This document shows positions 40,225 to 53,640 of a DNA stretch of 64,000 nt, one piece after another (the first letter of the stretch is position 1; every line of letters starts with the position of its first letter). The translations under genes were made by a program, and so were the position numbers. The notes under the pieces are model-generated. The model worked only from the letters and a program-made list of their open reading frames with translations, made no database searches and was not told the DNA's origin. Source of the DNA: an uncultured Desulfobacter sp. (GTDB taxonomy: Bacteria; Desulfobacterota; Desulfobacteria; Desulfobacterales; Desulfobacteraceae); contig OY762069.1 in assembly GCA_963665095.1 (NCBI GenBank), forward strand, positions 6,208,001-6,272,000. The letters run 5' to 3'.

Positions 40225-40281
40225 GAAAAAATAATTTTTATTAAAAAAAGGTTTGACATTCGTTAGAAAATAAACGATATT
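40225..40281 (+). promoter_or_regulatory. rRNA operon promoter with UP element
   Basis: A/T tracts, then TTGACA (40253)-17 nt-GATATT (40276). Confidence 0.7.
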
Positions 40282-40342
40282 GCTTTGGCTTCTCGGGGAG
40301 CAGCAAAGTTTTCTCCGGGAAGATTTTTTTTGAGAAGTTTTT

Positions 40343-40368
40343 TTGATCTTTGAAAATTGGTCAGTGAA
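40343..40368 (+). promoter_or_regulatory. boxA-like site / 5' arm of the 16S processing stem
   Basis: TTGATCTTTGAAAATTGGTCAGTGAA is complementary to 42046-42071; a second boxA-like TGTTCTTTGACA lies at 42101. Confidence 0.7.
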
Positions 40369-40452
40369 AAAGAAAAGAGCGGGTCAATGACAATACGCTT
40401 TCAAGCTTAACAGCTTTAAGCGTAGACCTTAAAAAGTTTTAGTAAAGGATTA

Positions 40453-42012
<1,560 letters not shown>

Positions 42013-42275
42013 CAAAGGAAAGAATAAATAAAAGCTTTTTTCGGCTTCACTGGCCAACTTTGAGAGATCAAACCGATGAATCAAGTAGTCGTACTCTCTT
42101 TGTTCTTTGACAATTTGTTGTAGTAAATATCAATAGCGTTGTTGATAAAGTACCGTAGGGTGCTGAGTCAACTAAATATAAAAATGGTATGGAAGATGAA
42201 AATCAACCATCCCATGCTATGTTGAAGAAAATATTGTGAAATGGCGCTTGAACAAACTAAAGTTTCGAAACAGGT

Positions 42276-42402
42276 ATGTTTTTTGAAAATTTTAGTGAAA
42301 TTCAAGGCGCAGGCTTTTCGACTGAGTGAGTCGACCTTATGGTCGTCGATCGAAGGAGATAAAGACTGCAACGCCGAATTTCACAAAATTTTCAAAAAAC
42401 AT
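42276..42402 (+). repeat. Palindromic REP/MITE-like element in the 16S-23S spacer
   Basis: 27-bp terminal inverted repeat with one bulge; core CAAGGCGCA...GCAACGCCG shared with 58348-58473. Confidence 0.7.
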
Positions 42403-42437
42403 CAAAGCGTTTAAACTTATTTGTGGAATTAAATAGT

Positions 42438-45410
<2,973 letters not shown>

Positions 45411-45544
45411 CTTTTTTCCACGAATAAATTTAGACGCTTTGATGAAGGACATAGCAAGCTTGATATAGCTACAACAGATTACATATTTGGACCCAAGGTA
45501 CATGTCATGTATAACTTTCTGAAGTACCAGGTCCGACCAGTGTA

Positions 45545-45661
45545 ACCGGTGGTAATGGCGAAGAGGCCACACCCGTACCCATCTCGAACACGGAAGTTAA
45601 GCTCTTTAGCGTCGATGGTACTGCATGGGAGACTATGTGGGAGAGTAGAACGCCGCCGGTT
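45545..45661 (+). rRNA. rrf: 5S rRNA
   Basis: ACCGGTGG/CCGCCGGT terminal helix, CCCATCTCGAAC loop C, GATGGTA/GAGAGTA loop E. Confidence 0.97.
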
Positions 45662-46100
45662 CTTCTTCAAAAGGCTCTGATTATCAATAAGATAGTCAGG
45701 GCCTTTTACTTTTTGGTGCCCATCTCGAACCCGGAAGACCCGATTATATGTTTTGGTCTTTAGCGTCGATGGTACTGTCATAGGAGTGTATTGTTTGGGA
45801 GAGTAGAACGCCGCCGGTTCTTCTTTGAAAGGCTCTGATTATCAATATGATAGTCAGGGCCTTTTACTTTTTGGTGCCCATCTCGAACACGGAAGAGCCG
45901 ATTATAAGTTTTGGTCTTTAGCGTCGATGGTACTGTCATAGGAGTGTATTGTTTGGGAGAGTAGAACGCCGGCGGTTCTTCTTCAAAAGGCTCTGATTAT
46001 CAATATGATAGTCAGGGCCTTTTACTTTTTGGTGCCCATCTCGAACACGGAAGAGCCGATTATAAGTTTTGGTCTTTAGCGTCGATGGTACTGCCATAGG
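45661..46100 (+). repeat. Tandem 158-bp repeat (about 2.8 copies): terminator plus degenerate 3' two-thirds of 5S rRNA
   Basis: Units start at 45661, 45819 and 45977 and differ from each other by only a few substitutions. Confidence 0.93.
45669..45713 (+). terminator. rRNA operon terminator (repeated at +158 and +316)
   Basis: AAAAGGCTCTGATTATC-loop-GATAGTCAGGGCCTTTT followed by ACTTTTT. Confidence 0.85.
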
Positions 46101-46532
46101 TTAAATCATGTCAGCAATCTGTTTCCCATAATTCTGGGCCTCTTCAACGCCGTCTTCAACCCAGGATGCTTTGATCATCAAAGGCGCGGAAGCCATTTTC
46201 ATTTTAAAAATATATTGCATGGTGTCAAAGATCCGTTTATTGGCTTCACCACTCCAGCCATAGGCGCCAAAGGCCCCGGCGGGTTTGTCTTTAAGTCCTG
46301 CCTGCTCTGCCATAAACAATACCTGCTTCATGGGCGAAAGCATCTCTCCATTGTATGTAGGGGAGCCAAAAACATATGCGTCATATCCGGATAAGTCGGC
46401 GTCACTGTTAATTTCGCTGCAGTTTTTTAAGACAGCCTCTTGTCCGGTCTGGCGAACACCTTCTGCTATTAATTCTGCTATTCCCTTGGTTTCATCAACT
46501 CTGGAGGTGTATACAATCAGTACAGTTCCCAT
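46101..46532 (-). CDS. Flavodoxin-domain protein
   Basis: VLIVYTS...T, FGSPTY, GAFGAYGWSGEA; RBS AAGGAG. Confidence 0.88.
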   Translation of the reverse strand: MGTVLIVYTSRVDETKGIAELIAEGVRQTGQEAVLKNCSEINSDADLSGYDAYVFGSPTYNGEMLSPMKQVLFMAEQAGLKDKPAGAFGAYGWSGEANKRIFDTMQYIFKMKMASAPLMIKASWVEDGVEEAQNYGKQIADMI

Positions 46533-46649
46533 TTTTTCTCCTTAAAATTTTAAAAATTGAATTTAATAGTTCAATTTTTTGTTCATTTGTGTCAACAATT
46601 AGTTAGCATTCCAGTGAAAAAACTGAAATCTAAACAAGGAGAATATCTC

Positions 46650-47549
46650 ATGACAGAGCCGAGAAAAATTAAAGTTTTGCTTGCTTATGACGGGTCTCAT
46701 CTTGCAGTGGATTCAGTTCAATATGTTGGAGACGTTTTCCCCAGCGAAAGGACACAGGTGGTCATCTTCTATGTTGAAACCAAGCTGCCCAAAGCTTTCT
46801 GGTGCATGGAGAAAGATCTTGATTTTCGGTTTAAGACACCGGAAATAAGGGCTGGTATGGCCGAAAGAAAGAAGAATATCAATCTTGCCATGGACAAGGC
46901 AAAAAATATTCTTTTAGATGCAGGGTTCCCTGCCGATGCAATTCAGACCAGGGTTCATATAAAAAAACACGGCATTGTTCAGGACATTGTCGAAGAGTCT
47001 TATCATGATTACGATGCCATTGTTATGGGTAGAAAGGGGAAAAGTCCGGTCAAGGATTTTTTCGTAAACAGTCTGCCTGTCAAACTTTTGGGAAGAATAA
47101 AAAATATTCCGTTAATTGTGGTGGGTAAAAAACCGGAGTACAAAAATATTCTTATAGCCTACGACGGTACCCGGGCCATTACCAAAGCCGTAAAATCTTT
47201 AAGTTCCCTTGTTAAGACAGGTCCGGGCTGTAAATTGATGTTGTGTTATTCCCAGCATAAAACCCGCCTGATTCCGGCACCAAAACAGAAGCAGTCCTCT
47301 GAGATGTTTGATCTCTCTGTGGAATATCTTATGGAAGCCGGGTTTACCAAGGAGCAGGTGGCCTTTGAAATTATTGAGGGGGAGAAAAATCCCACCTGCT
47401 GTATTCTTAATAAAGCACGGTACGGCGGCTACGGCACCATCGTCATTGGCAGACGCGGCCTGTCTACCCTGAAACGGCTATTTTTTATGCGGGTGGGGAA
47501 TAAAATTTTTAGAAATGCAGGCAACCATGTTGTCTGGGTGGTTCAATAG
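46650..47549 (+). CDS. Tandem-domain universal stress protein
   Basis: Two repeats, LLAYDGS...IVMGRKG and LIAYDG...IVIGRRG; RBS AAGGAG. Confidence 0.88.
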   Translation: MTEPRKIKVLLAYDGSHLAVDSVQYVGDVFPSERTQVVIFYVETKLPKAFWCMEKDLDFRFKTPEIRAGMAERKKNINLAMDKAKNILLDAGFPADAIQTRVHIKKHGIVQDIVEESYHDYDAIVMGRKGKSPVKDFFVNSLPVKLLGRIKNIPLIVVGKKPEYKNILIAYDGTRAITKAVKSLSSLVKTGPGCKLMLCYSQHKTRLIPAPKQKQSSEMFDLSVEYLMEAGFTKEQVAFEIIEGEKNPTCCILNKARYGGYGTIVIGRRGLSTLKRLFFMRVGNKIFRNAGNHVVWVVQ

Positions 47550-48037
47550 GTTATTTTTTAACTTGTTTTAAGCCGGCAGGTTGTAACCATAAGGCTTTAT
47601 CTGCCGGTAAAGTTAAAAATGCTATATTCGATATTTTTTCTGATTCAGGTATGAGCCGCTGTCTAAAACGAGGTTCATACCTGTCATTTCGGCATGTCTT
47701 AAAATAATAAAAAGACCAAAATCCCATTAAAATTATAAATAATTAGCAATTAATTGTTTATAATTTTAAATTGGGGCTTGATTAATATTAAAAAATCTGA
47801 AATGAATGTGTCTTTTGAAAATGAAGTGCAGATTCTGCTTTTTATTTTCACCTTTCCCGACTGTCTATTGGGCGTATTCAGCTTATGTCAGATTTTTTTA
47901 ACTGACAACTGGATATTTCTCTGGCCGCTAAATTGGCCGGCAGCCGGGAGATGTATTTAATTTTGGGATGGACTTTTTTATGCTGCCCATTATTTTACGC
48001 GATACATGGTGATCAGCAACAAGGTGTATAAGAATTT

Positions 48038-49408
48038 ATGGGTTTATTCAAATTAAAGGGATTTCCAGGCACCGGCAGTTTCCCTCATGGTGTTCACCCT
48101 CCGGACAATAAAGAGTTGGCTTGCAACGCTCCTGTTGAAGTAATGAACACGCCTAAAACTGTAACCCTGCCGCTGCTTCAGCATCTTGGCGTACCCTGCA
48201 AGCAGGTGGTCAAGTTCAAGGAACAAGTCAGTTTCGGACAGATGGTAGGTAAAGGCGAGGCCTTTGTTTCCGCGTCACTGCATTCACCTATTTCAGGTGT
48301 GGTGAAAAAGAATACAGTGGTCACCCTGCCCAATGGCAGGCGTCTTGACGCGATTACAATTGATGCTGAAGGGGAACAGGTCTCTGCTGAACAGATCTGG
48401 AACGATACAAAGGAAAGGGATTGGCCAAGAGACGGTTTTTCAAGTTATGCCCCCCACGACATTGTCAGCAAAATTCAGGAATCCGGCATTGTTGGATTGG
48501 GCGGGGCGGCATTCCCCACTCATGTAAAAGTTATGCCTAATGATACCAGGATGATTGATACCCTGATGGTTAACGGGTGTGAGTGCGAGCCCTATCTGAC
48601 CTGTGATTACAGGCTGATGCTTGAAGCGCCGCATATTGTTGTAACAGGAGCGCTTTTAACAGGCCGGGCGGTATCTGCCAGGGAGATTGTTATCTGTGTG
48701 GAAGATAACAAGCCCGAGGCGATCAGACGCCTGAAACAGGCCGCTGAGAAGACAGTGGTGCAGGTGGTTGCCTTGAAGACCAAGTACCCCCAGGGCAGTG
48801 AAAAACAGCTTGTCAAAGCCGTACTCGGTCTGGAAATACCCCTGGGCGGCCTGCCCGCCGATGCCGGGGTGGCAATGAGTAACGTGCAGACCATGGCTAC
48901 CGTGGCTCGAAGCCTTGTCAAAGGTTCTCCCCTGACCCACCGGGTTATCAGTGTGTCAGGACGGGGCATCGTCAATCCAAAAAATATTTTTGCACCCATT
49001 GGCGTCTCTTTGGCAGAGGTGGTTGATTTCTGCGGAGGCCTGACACCGGATGCAGCCCGGATTATTTCCGGCGGCCCCATGATGGGTTTTGCCTTTTCCG
49101 ATCTTTCGGCTCCGGTGACCAAGGGGACCTCCGGGTTGACCATCCTCACCCATGATGAAGTCAGAAAAAGTGAGGAAGAAACCAGTTGTGTCCGCTGCGG
49201 ACGCTGTGTGGACGCCTGTCCCATGAACCTTGTACCAACAAGACTTGCCCTTGCGGCCCGGTACAAGAACCCGGAACTGGCAAGTCAATACCATATCCGA
49301 GCCTGTGTTGAATGCGGCTGCTGTACGTATGTATGCCCGGCCAAGCTGAATCTGGTCCAGCTGATCCGCTCAGGCAAAGCCCAGGTCAATGCCTGGGAGA
49401 AACGCTGA
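48038..49408 (+). CDS. rnfC: Rnf complex subunit C
   Basis: GVHP, GIVGLGGAAFPT, NGCECEPY, YPQGSEK, two CxxCxxCxxxCP motifs. Confidence 0.96.
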   Translation: MGLFKLKGFPGTGSFPHGVHPPDNKELACNAPVEVMNTPKTVTLPLLQHLGVPCKQVVKFKEQVSFGQMVGKGEAFVSASLHSPISGVVKKNTVVTLPNGRRLDAITIDAEGEQVSAEQIWNDTKERDWPRDGFSSYAPHDIVSKIQESGIVGLGGAAFPTHVKVMPNDTRMIDTLMVNGCECEPYLTCDYRLMLEAPHIVVTGALLTGRAVSAREIVICVEDNKPEAIRRLKQAAEKTVVQVVALKTKYPQGSEKQLVKAVLGLEIPLGGLPADAGVAMSNVQTMATVARSLVKGSPLTHRVISVSGRGIVNPKNIFAPIGVSLAEVVDFCGGLTPDAARIISGGPMMGFAFSDLSAPVTKGTSGLTILTHDEVRKSEEETSCVRCGRCVDACPMNLVPTRLALAARYKNPELASQYHIRACVECGCCTYVCPAKLNLVQLIRSGKAQVNAWEKR

Positions 49409-49485
49409 TAAGACGTAGAAGACGTCGGCGTATCGGCGTTTTTGTAAATAAAAATTACCAGACTAATTGATACAAGGAACAAAAC

Positions 49486-50502
49486 GTGTCAGACACAAAT
49501 AGACAGATAGATACAACTATGCTGCCTGAAGACCAAGACGGACGTAAACCGCCTTTTATCCACGTGGCACCGTCACCTCATATTTCGGATGACAAAGCAA
49601 CCACGCGTCGGATGATGGTGGATGTCATACTCGGGCTGACGCCTGCTATAGTTGTCTCACTTTATTTATTCCGGTTTTATGCCCTTAAGCAGATTGTTGT
49701 CTGTGTGGCGGCCTGCCTTGCTGCAGAATATCTTTTTGTCCGCATGAGAGGGAAATCTTTTACCTTAAAAGACTGTTCAGCCATTGTCACCGGTGTGATT
49801 CTGGGCCTTTCTCTTCCAGGCTCCGCACCCTGGTTTGTGGGTGCGCTGGCCGGATTTGTGGGTATCGGCATCGGTAAAATCATATTTGGCGGCGTGGGCA
49901 TGAATATTTTCAACCCTGCCATGGTGGGTCGTGCCTTTGTGATGATTGCCTTTGCCTCACTCATGGGGGCAGGCGCCTATGAAAATGTCACAGGCCTGGT
50001 GGATGCCGTATCCGGTGCAACACCTTTAAGCGCATTAAAATTCAATGATGCCGCCACAGGGATTGCACCCTTGTTCTTAGGCGTCACCAATGGGTCCATT
50101 GGTGAGGTCAGTGCCATTGCCTGTCTGCTCGGCGGCATTTACCTGATCTACAGAAAAACCGCATCCTGGCAGATTCCGGTGAGCATTCTCCTCACCGTTG
50201 TCGTGATTGCGGGTGGTACCGATCTGGTCGGGGGACACAAAGGGCTTTTCCTGCTTCACCACCTGTTTGCAGGGGCCTTGATGTTCGGCGCCTTTTTCAT
50301 TGCCACGGATCCTGTGACCTCTCCGTTAACAGCCAAAGGCAAGGTGATCTTTGGTGTGGGAACCGGCTGTCTGATCATGGTAATCCGGCTTTTTTCAGGA
50401 TATCCCGAAGGTGTCATGTTTGCCGTATTGATCATGAATGCCCTGACCCCGCTGATTAACCGCTGGACCATTCCGCAACCCATGGGACAAAGAGAGGCCT
50501 GA
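49486..50502 (+). CDS. rnfD: Rnf complex subunit D
   Basis: SPH, FGGVGMNIFNPA, SGATPL (FMN-Thr), ATDPVTSP, GYPEG; GTG start. Confidence 0.95.
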   Translation: MSDTNRQIDTTMLPEDQDGRKPPFIHVAPSPHISDDKATTRRMMVDVILGLTPAIVVSLYLFRFYALKQIVVCVAACLAAEYLFVRMRGKSFTLKDCSAIVTGVILGLSLPGSAPWFVGALAGFVGIGIGKIIFGGVGMNIFNPAMVGRAFVMIAFASLMGAGAYENVTGLVDAVSGATPLSALKFNDAATGIAPLFLGVTNGSIGEVSAIACLLGGIYLIYRKTASWQIPVSILLTVVVIAGGTDLVGGHKGLFLLHHLFAGALMFGAFFIATDPVTSPLTAKGKVIFGVGTGCLIMVIRLFSGYPEGVMFAVLIMNALTPLINRWTIPQPMGQREA

Positions 50503-50503
50503 T

Positions 50504-51202
50504 ATGATGTCATTGAAAAATAATAATCTGGTTCAGGCCTGGCTTGTGCTGCTGCTTGCCACGGTGTTCGGTACAGCGCTTGCCGGCATCCAGGCAAAGC
50601 TTGGGCCTGTGATTGAGGATAACAAGGTTAAAGAGACCATGGCAAAAATTCCCGGGCTGGTACTGGGAGAAGACCTGGCGGCAGAGATTGCTGCTGACAA
50701 CCAGTCTTTAACCATTAAGCCCCGGACCATTGAAGTCAACAAAAACGGCACCACTAAATATTACACTGTATATGATGCTTGGCTGCCCGACGGAAAAATG
50801 GCCGGCCATGTGGTCAAAGCAGACGGCCAGGGCTACGCCGATAAAATCGAATTGCTCATCGGCCTTGATGCCGAAGGCAAAAGCATCACAGGGCTGTTTG
50901 TCCTGGATCAGAAAGAGACGCCGGGCCTGGGTGCAAAAATTCTTGAAGATGACTGGCGGGGCCAGTTCAAGGAGAAATCCACAGCCAAGAGTCTTTCCGT
51001 TGTGAAAGGCGGCGGTGCCAAGGAAGATGAGATTGATGCCATTTCCGGTGCCACCATCTCTTCAAGAAGCGTAACAGGCATTGTCAATGCCACGGTTGCC
51101 AATATCGCTTCCCAGCTTGCGGTAACCGGCGATCCTGAAAAAAATGATACTAACCAGGCGGTTCAAGAAGAGGAACCCGGAAAAGTTGAGGAGCGTTCCT
51201 GA
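50504..51202 (+). CDS. rnfG: Rnf complex subunit G
   Basis: N-terminal TM, ETPGLG, DAISGATISS flavinylation motif. Confidence 0.95.
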   Translation: MMSLKNNNLVQAWLVLLLATVFGTALAGIQAKLGPVIEDNKVKETMAKIPGLVLGEDLAAEIAADNQSLTIKPRTIEVNKNGTTKYYTVYDAWLPDGKMAGHVVKADGQGYADKIELLIGLDAEGKSITGLFVLDQKETPGLGAKILEDDWRGQFKEKSTAKSLSVVKGGGAKEDEIDAISGATISSRSVTGIVNATVANIASQLAVTGDPEKNDTNQAVQEEEPGKVEERS

Positions 51203-51819
51203 TGGCTGATCAACCTACAGCAACAGAGAGATTTGTACAGGGGATTCTGCCCGAGAACCCGGTTTACCGGCAGCTTTTGGGACTGTGTGCCACCCTGGCT
51301 GTTACCAACGGCATGAAGCCGGCTCTCACCATGGCCGTGTGTGTGGCCTTTGTTCTGGTGGGTGCCAATGTGGTGATCAGTCTGATCCGGGATCTGTTAA
51401 AACCCCATCTGCGGATCGTGGTGTTTACCCTGACCATTGCCACCTTTGTTACGGTGGCGGACCGGGCGCTTGCCGCCTACATGTTCCAGATGAGCAAAAC
51501 CCTTGGGCCCTATATCCCCCTGATTATCGTAAACTGCCTGATCATCTGCCGGTGTGAGGTCTGTGCCTCCAAGCAGAATGTGTTTGTGGCAGCTGCCGAC
51601 GGTTTAGGCCAGTCCATCGGCTTTGGTCTGGCTCTGGCAAGTATTGCCGCTGTCCGTGAAATTTTGGGCACGGGCATGCTCATGGGATTCAGGGTATTGC
51701 CTGCCTGTTGGCCGGACTGGGTTATTATGGTGCTGCCTCCGGGTGCATTTATCACTCTGGGACTGCTGCTTGGTCTGGTGAACTATTTTGATTTTAAGAG
51801 GGAAGAAGCGGGCAAATGA
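51202..51819 (+). CDS. rnfE: Rnf complex subunit E
   Basis: ENP, LGLC, IPLIIVNC, REILG, LPPGAF. Confidence 0.95.
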   Translation: MADQPTATERFVQGILPENPVYRQLLGLCATLAVTNGMKPALTMAVCVAFVLVGANVVISLIRDLLKPHLRIVVFTLTIATFVTVADRALAAYMFQMSKTLGPYIPLIIVNCLIICRCEVCASKQNVFVAAADGLGQSIGFGLALASIAAVREILGTGMLMGFRVLPACWPDWVIMVLPPGAFITLGLLLGLVNYFDFKREEAGK

Positions 51820-51891
51820 ACCTGATTGAGTGTAATCTTCATTTGTTTCAAAAGTGCTTGATGAAAATATACAAAGATTGAGGCGGGTCTA

Positions 51892-52701
51892 ATGGACTAT
51901 TTTGTGGATATCCTGCTGATTGCCCTGTCAGCATCAATAATTAATAACTTTATATTTTACTACTTTGTTGGTATCTGCCCGTTTGTGGGTGTATCCAGGA
52001 AAGTGGATATGGCCTTCGGCATGGGCTGTGCCGTGACCTTTGTCATGAGCATTGCAGCGTTTTTGTCCTGGGGCATCACCGTATTTGTTTTGATTCCGGG
52101 CGCACCGGTATCAACCTTTATTGCAAGTTTCTTTACCACACCCGAGGCTGCCGCGCAGATTGACCTGACAGTTTTAAGTTACATTGTATACATATTTGCC
52201 ATTGCCTCTTCGGTTCAGTTTGTAGAGATGTATGTCAGAAAGTTTTTTCCGCCGTTATACCAATCCTTCGGCGTGTTTCTGCCGCTGATCACCACCAACT
52301 GCGCCATCCTTTTTGCCTGTCTGACCATCATGAGTCATGTGGCCGGTGTGGATAACCCCAAAGATGTGTGGGATCTTGGCAAAGCCATGGCTCTGGCCCT
52401 TTTTGGCGGTCTTGGATTTACCATTGCCATCGTGATCATGGCAGGTATCCGGGAAGAACTCGAACTTTGCGATATCCCCAAGCCCTTCGAGGGTGCAGCC
52501 ATTACGCTGGTTATCGGCGGCATCATTGCCATTGCCTTCATGGGTTTCACCGGCGTTGATTCCGGAGTCAGAGATGCGCTGAAACCTCCGGTTGAAGCAG
52601 CCGAGAAGATCGAGACACCTGCTGCTTCTGGACAGTCACAAAGTGTTGCATTCATTGAATTCAAAGGCCATACCATTGGCCAGGGGGTGACGTTACCATG
52701 A
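51892..52701 (+). CDS. rnfA: Rnf complex subunit A (elongated)
   Basis: [23 protein letters not shown]. Confidence 0.93.
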   Translation: MDYFVDILLIALSASIINNFIFYYFVGICPFVGVSRKVDMAFGMGCAVTFVMSIAAFLSWGITVFVLIPGAPVSTFIASFFTTPEAAAQIDLTVLSYIVYIFAIASSVQFVEMYVRKFFPPLYQSFGVFLPLITTNCAILFACLTIMSHVAGVDNPKDVWDLGKAMALALFGGLGFTIAIVIMAGIREELELCDIPKPFEGAAITLVIGGIIAIAFMGFTGVDSGVRDALKPPVEAAEKIETPAASGQSQSVAFIEFKGHTIGQGVTLP

Positions 52702-53516
52702 TGATTTCCCTTGGAATCGCCGGCGGAAGTATGCTGGTGATGGCCGTTATTTTTTCCTATATTCTGGGATGGGCCAATAAAAAATTTCATGTTGAAGTGG
52801 ATCCTAAAATCGAAGAGGTCACCGAGGCCCTGCCCGGTGCCAACTGCGGCGGTTGCGGATACCTTGGCTGTTCTGATTATGCGGTGGCCATTGTCATGGA
52901 CCATGACCCTGTGAACAAATGTACTGTTGGCGGGGAGGCTAGCGCCAAAGCCATTGCCGATCTCATGGGTGTGGATGTGGGTGAGATGGTTCCGCCCCAT
53001 GCTGTTGTTCATTGCAGTGCGCCGGCATCCAGGCGGATCGGCATGACCGAGTACCGTGGTGAACAGCGCTGCTCATCTGCTGCCCAGGTGGCGGGTGTTC
53101 AGGCTTGCACATTCGGGTGCTTAGGCTTTGGGGATTGTGTCCAGGCGTGTAATTATGATGCCATTCATATTGTGGATGGACTGGCCCAGGTTGATTTTGA
53201 AAAATGTATTGGCTGCGGTGCCTGCACCAAGGTCTGCCCCAGGGGGATTATCTCGGTTGTCGGTTTTCAGGAACCCAGCATTCCTGTGGTGGCCTGCTCT
53301 AATAAAGACAAGGCAAAAGATGCCAAGGCGGTTTGCAAAAATGCCTGCGTTGGCTGCAAGGCCTGCGCTAAACTGTCAGATATATTTGTTGTTGCTAATA
53401 ATCTTTCCAAATGCAGCTATGATGATTACTCTGCTGAAAAGTATGAAGAGGCCCTAAAGGCAGTGGAGAAGTGCCCCACAGGCTGCATTCATTTTATGGG
53501 TAAAACCGAAGCATAA
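52698..53516 (+). CDS. rnfB: Rnf complex subunit B
   Basis: N-terminal anchor, [38 protein letters not shown]. Confidence 0.95.
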   Translation: MMISLGIAGGSMLVMAVIFSYILGWANKKFHVEVDPKIEEVTEALPGANCGGCGYLGCSDYAVAIVMDHDPVNKCTVGGEASAKAIADLMGVDVGEMVPPHAVVHCSAPASRRIGMTEYRGEQRCSSAAQVAGVQACTFGCLGFGDCVQACNYDAIHIVDGLAQVDFEKCIGCGACTKVCPRGIISVVGFQEPSIPVVACSNKDKAKDAKAVCKNACVGCKACAKLSDIFVVANNLSKCSYDDYSAEKYEEALKAVEKCPTGCIHFMGKTEA

Positions 53517-53567
53517 TTCTTAATAAATAAAGCAGGTATGTGGCGCCCTCTTGTCCACATTCTGTCC

Positions 53568-53613
53568 CAAATAAAAAAAGCTGATGATCGATCGTCATCA
53601 GCTTTTTTATTTG
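53568..53613. terminator. Bidirectional terminator between rnfB and ppk1
   Basis: AAAAAAAGCTGATGA...TCATCAGCTTTTTT. Confidence 0.88.
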
Positions 53614-53640
53614 TCACAATGGCTATGGCCTGTTCAAACA

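Noticed and set aside
42013..42437. tRNA-Ile/tRNA-Ala in the spacer
   Set aside because: No cloverleaf or TTCGA T-arm context with an acceptor stem was found.
45661..46100. CRISPR array or extra functional 5S genes
   Set aside because: Whole units repeat with no unique spacers and no cas genes are present; copies lack the 5' third of 5S, so helices I and II cannot form.
47550..48037. Rex operator or small ORF upstream of rnf
   Set aside because: No TTGTGAA-N4-TTCACAA match; the 68-aa ORF lacks an RBS and lies in AT-rich promoter DNA.
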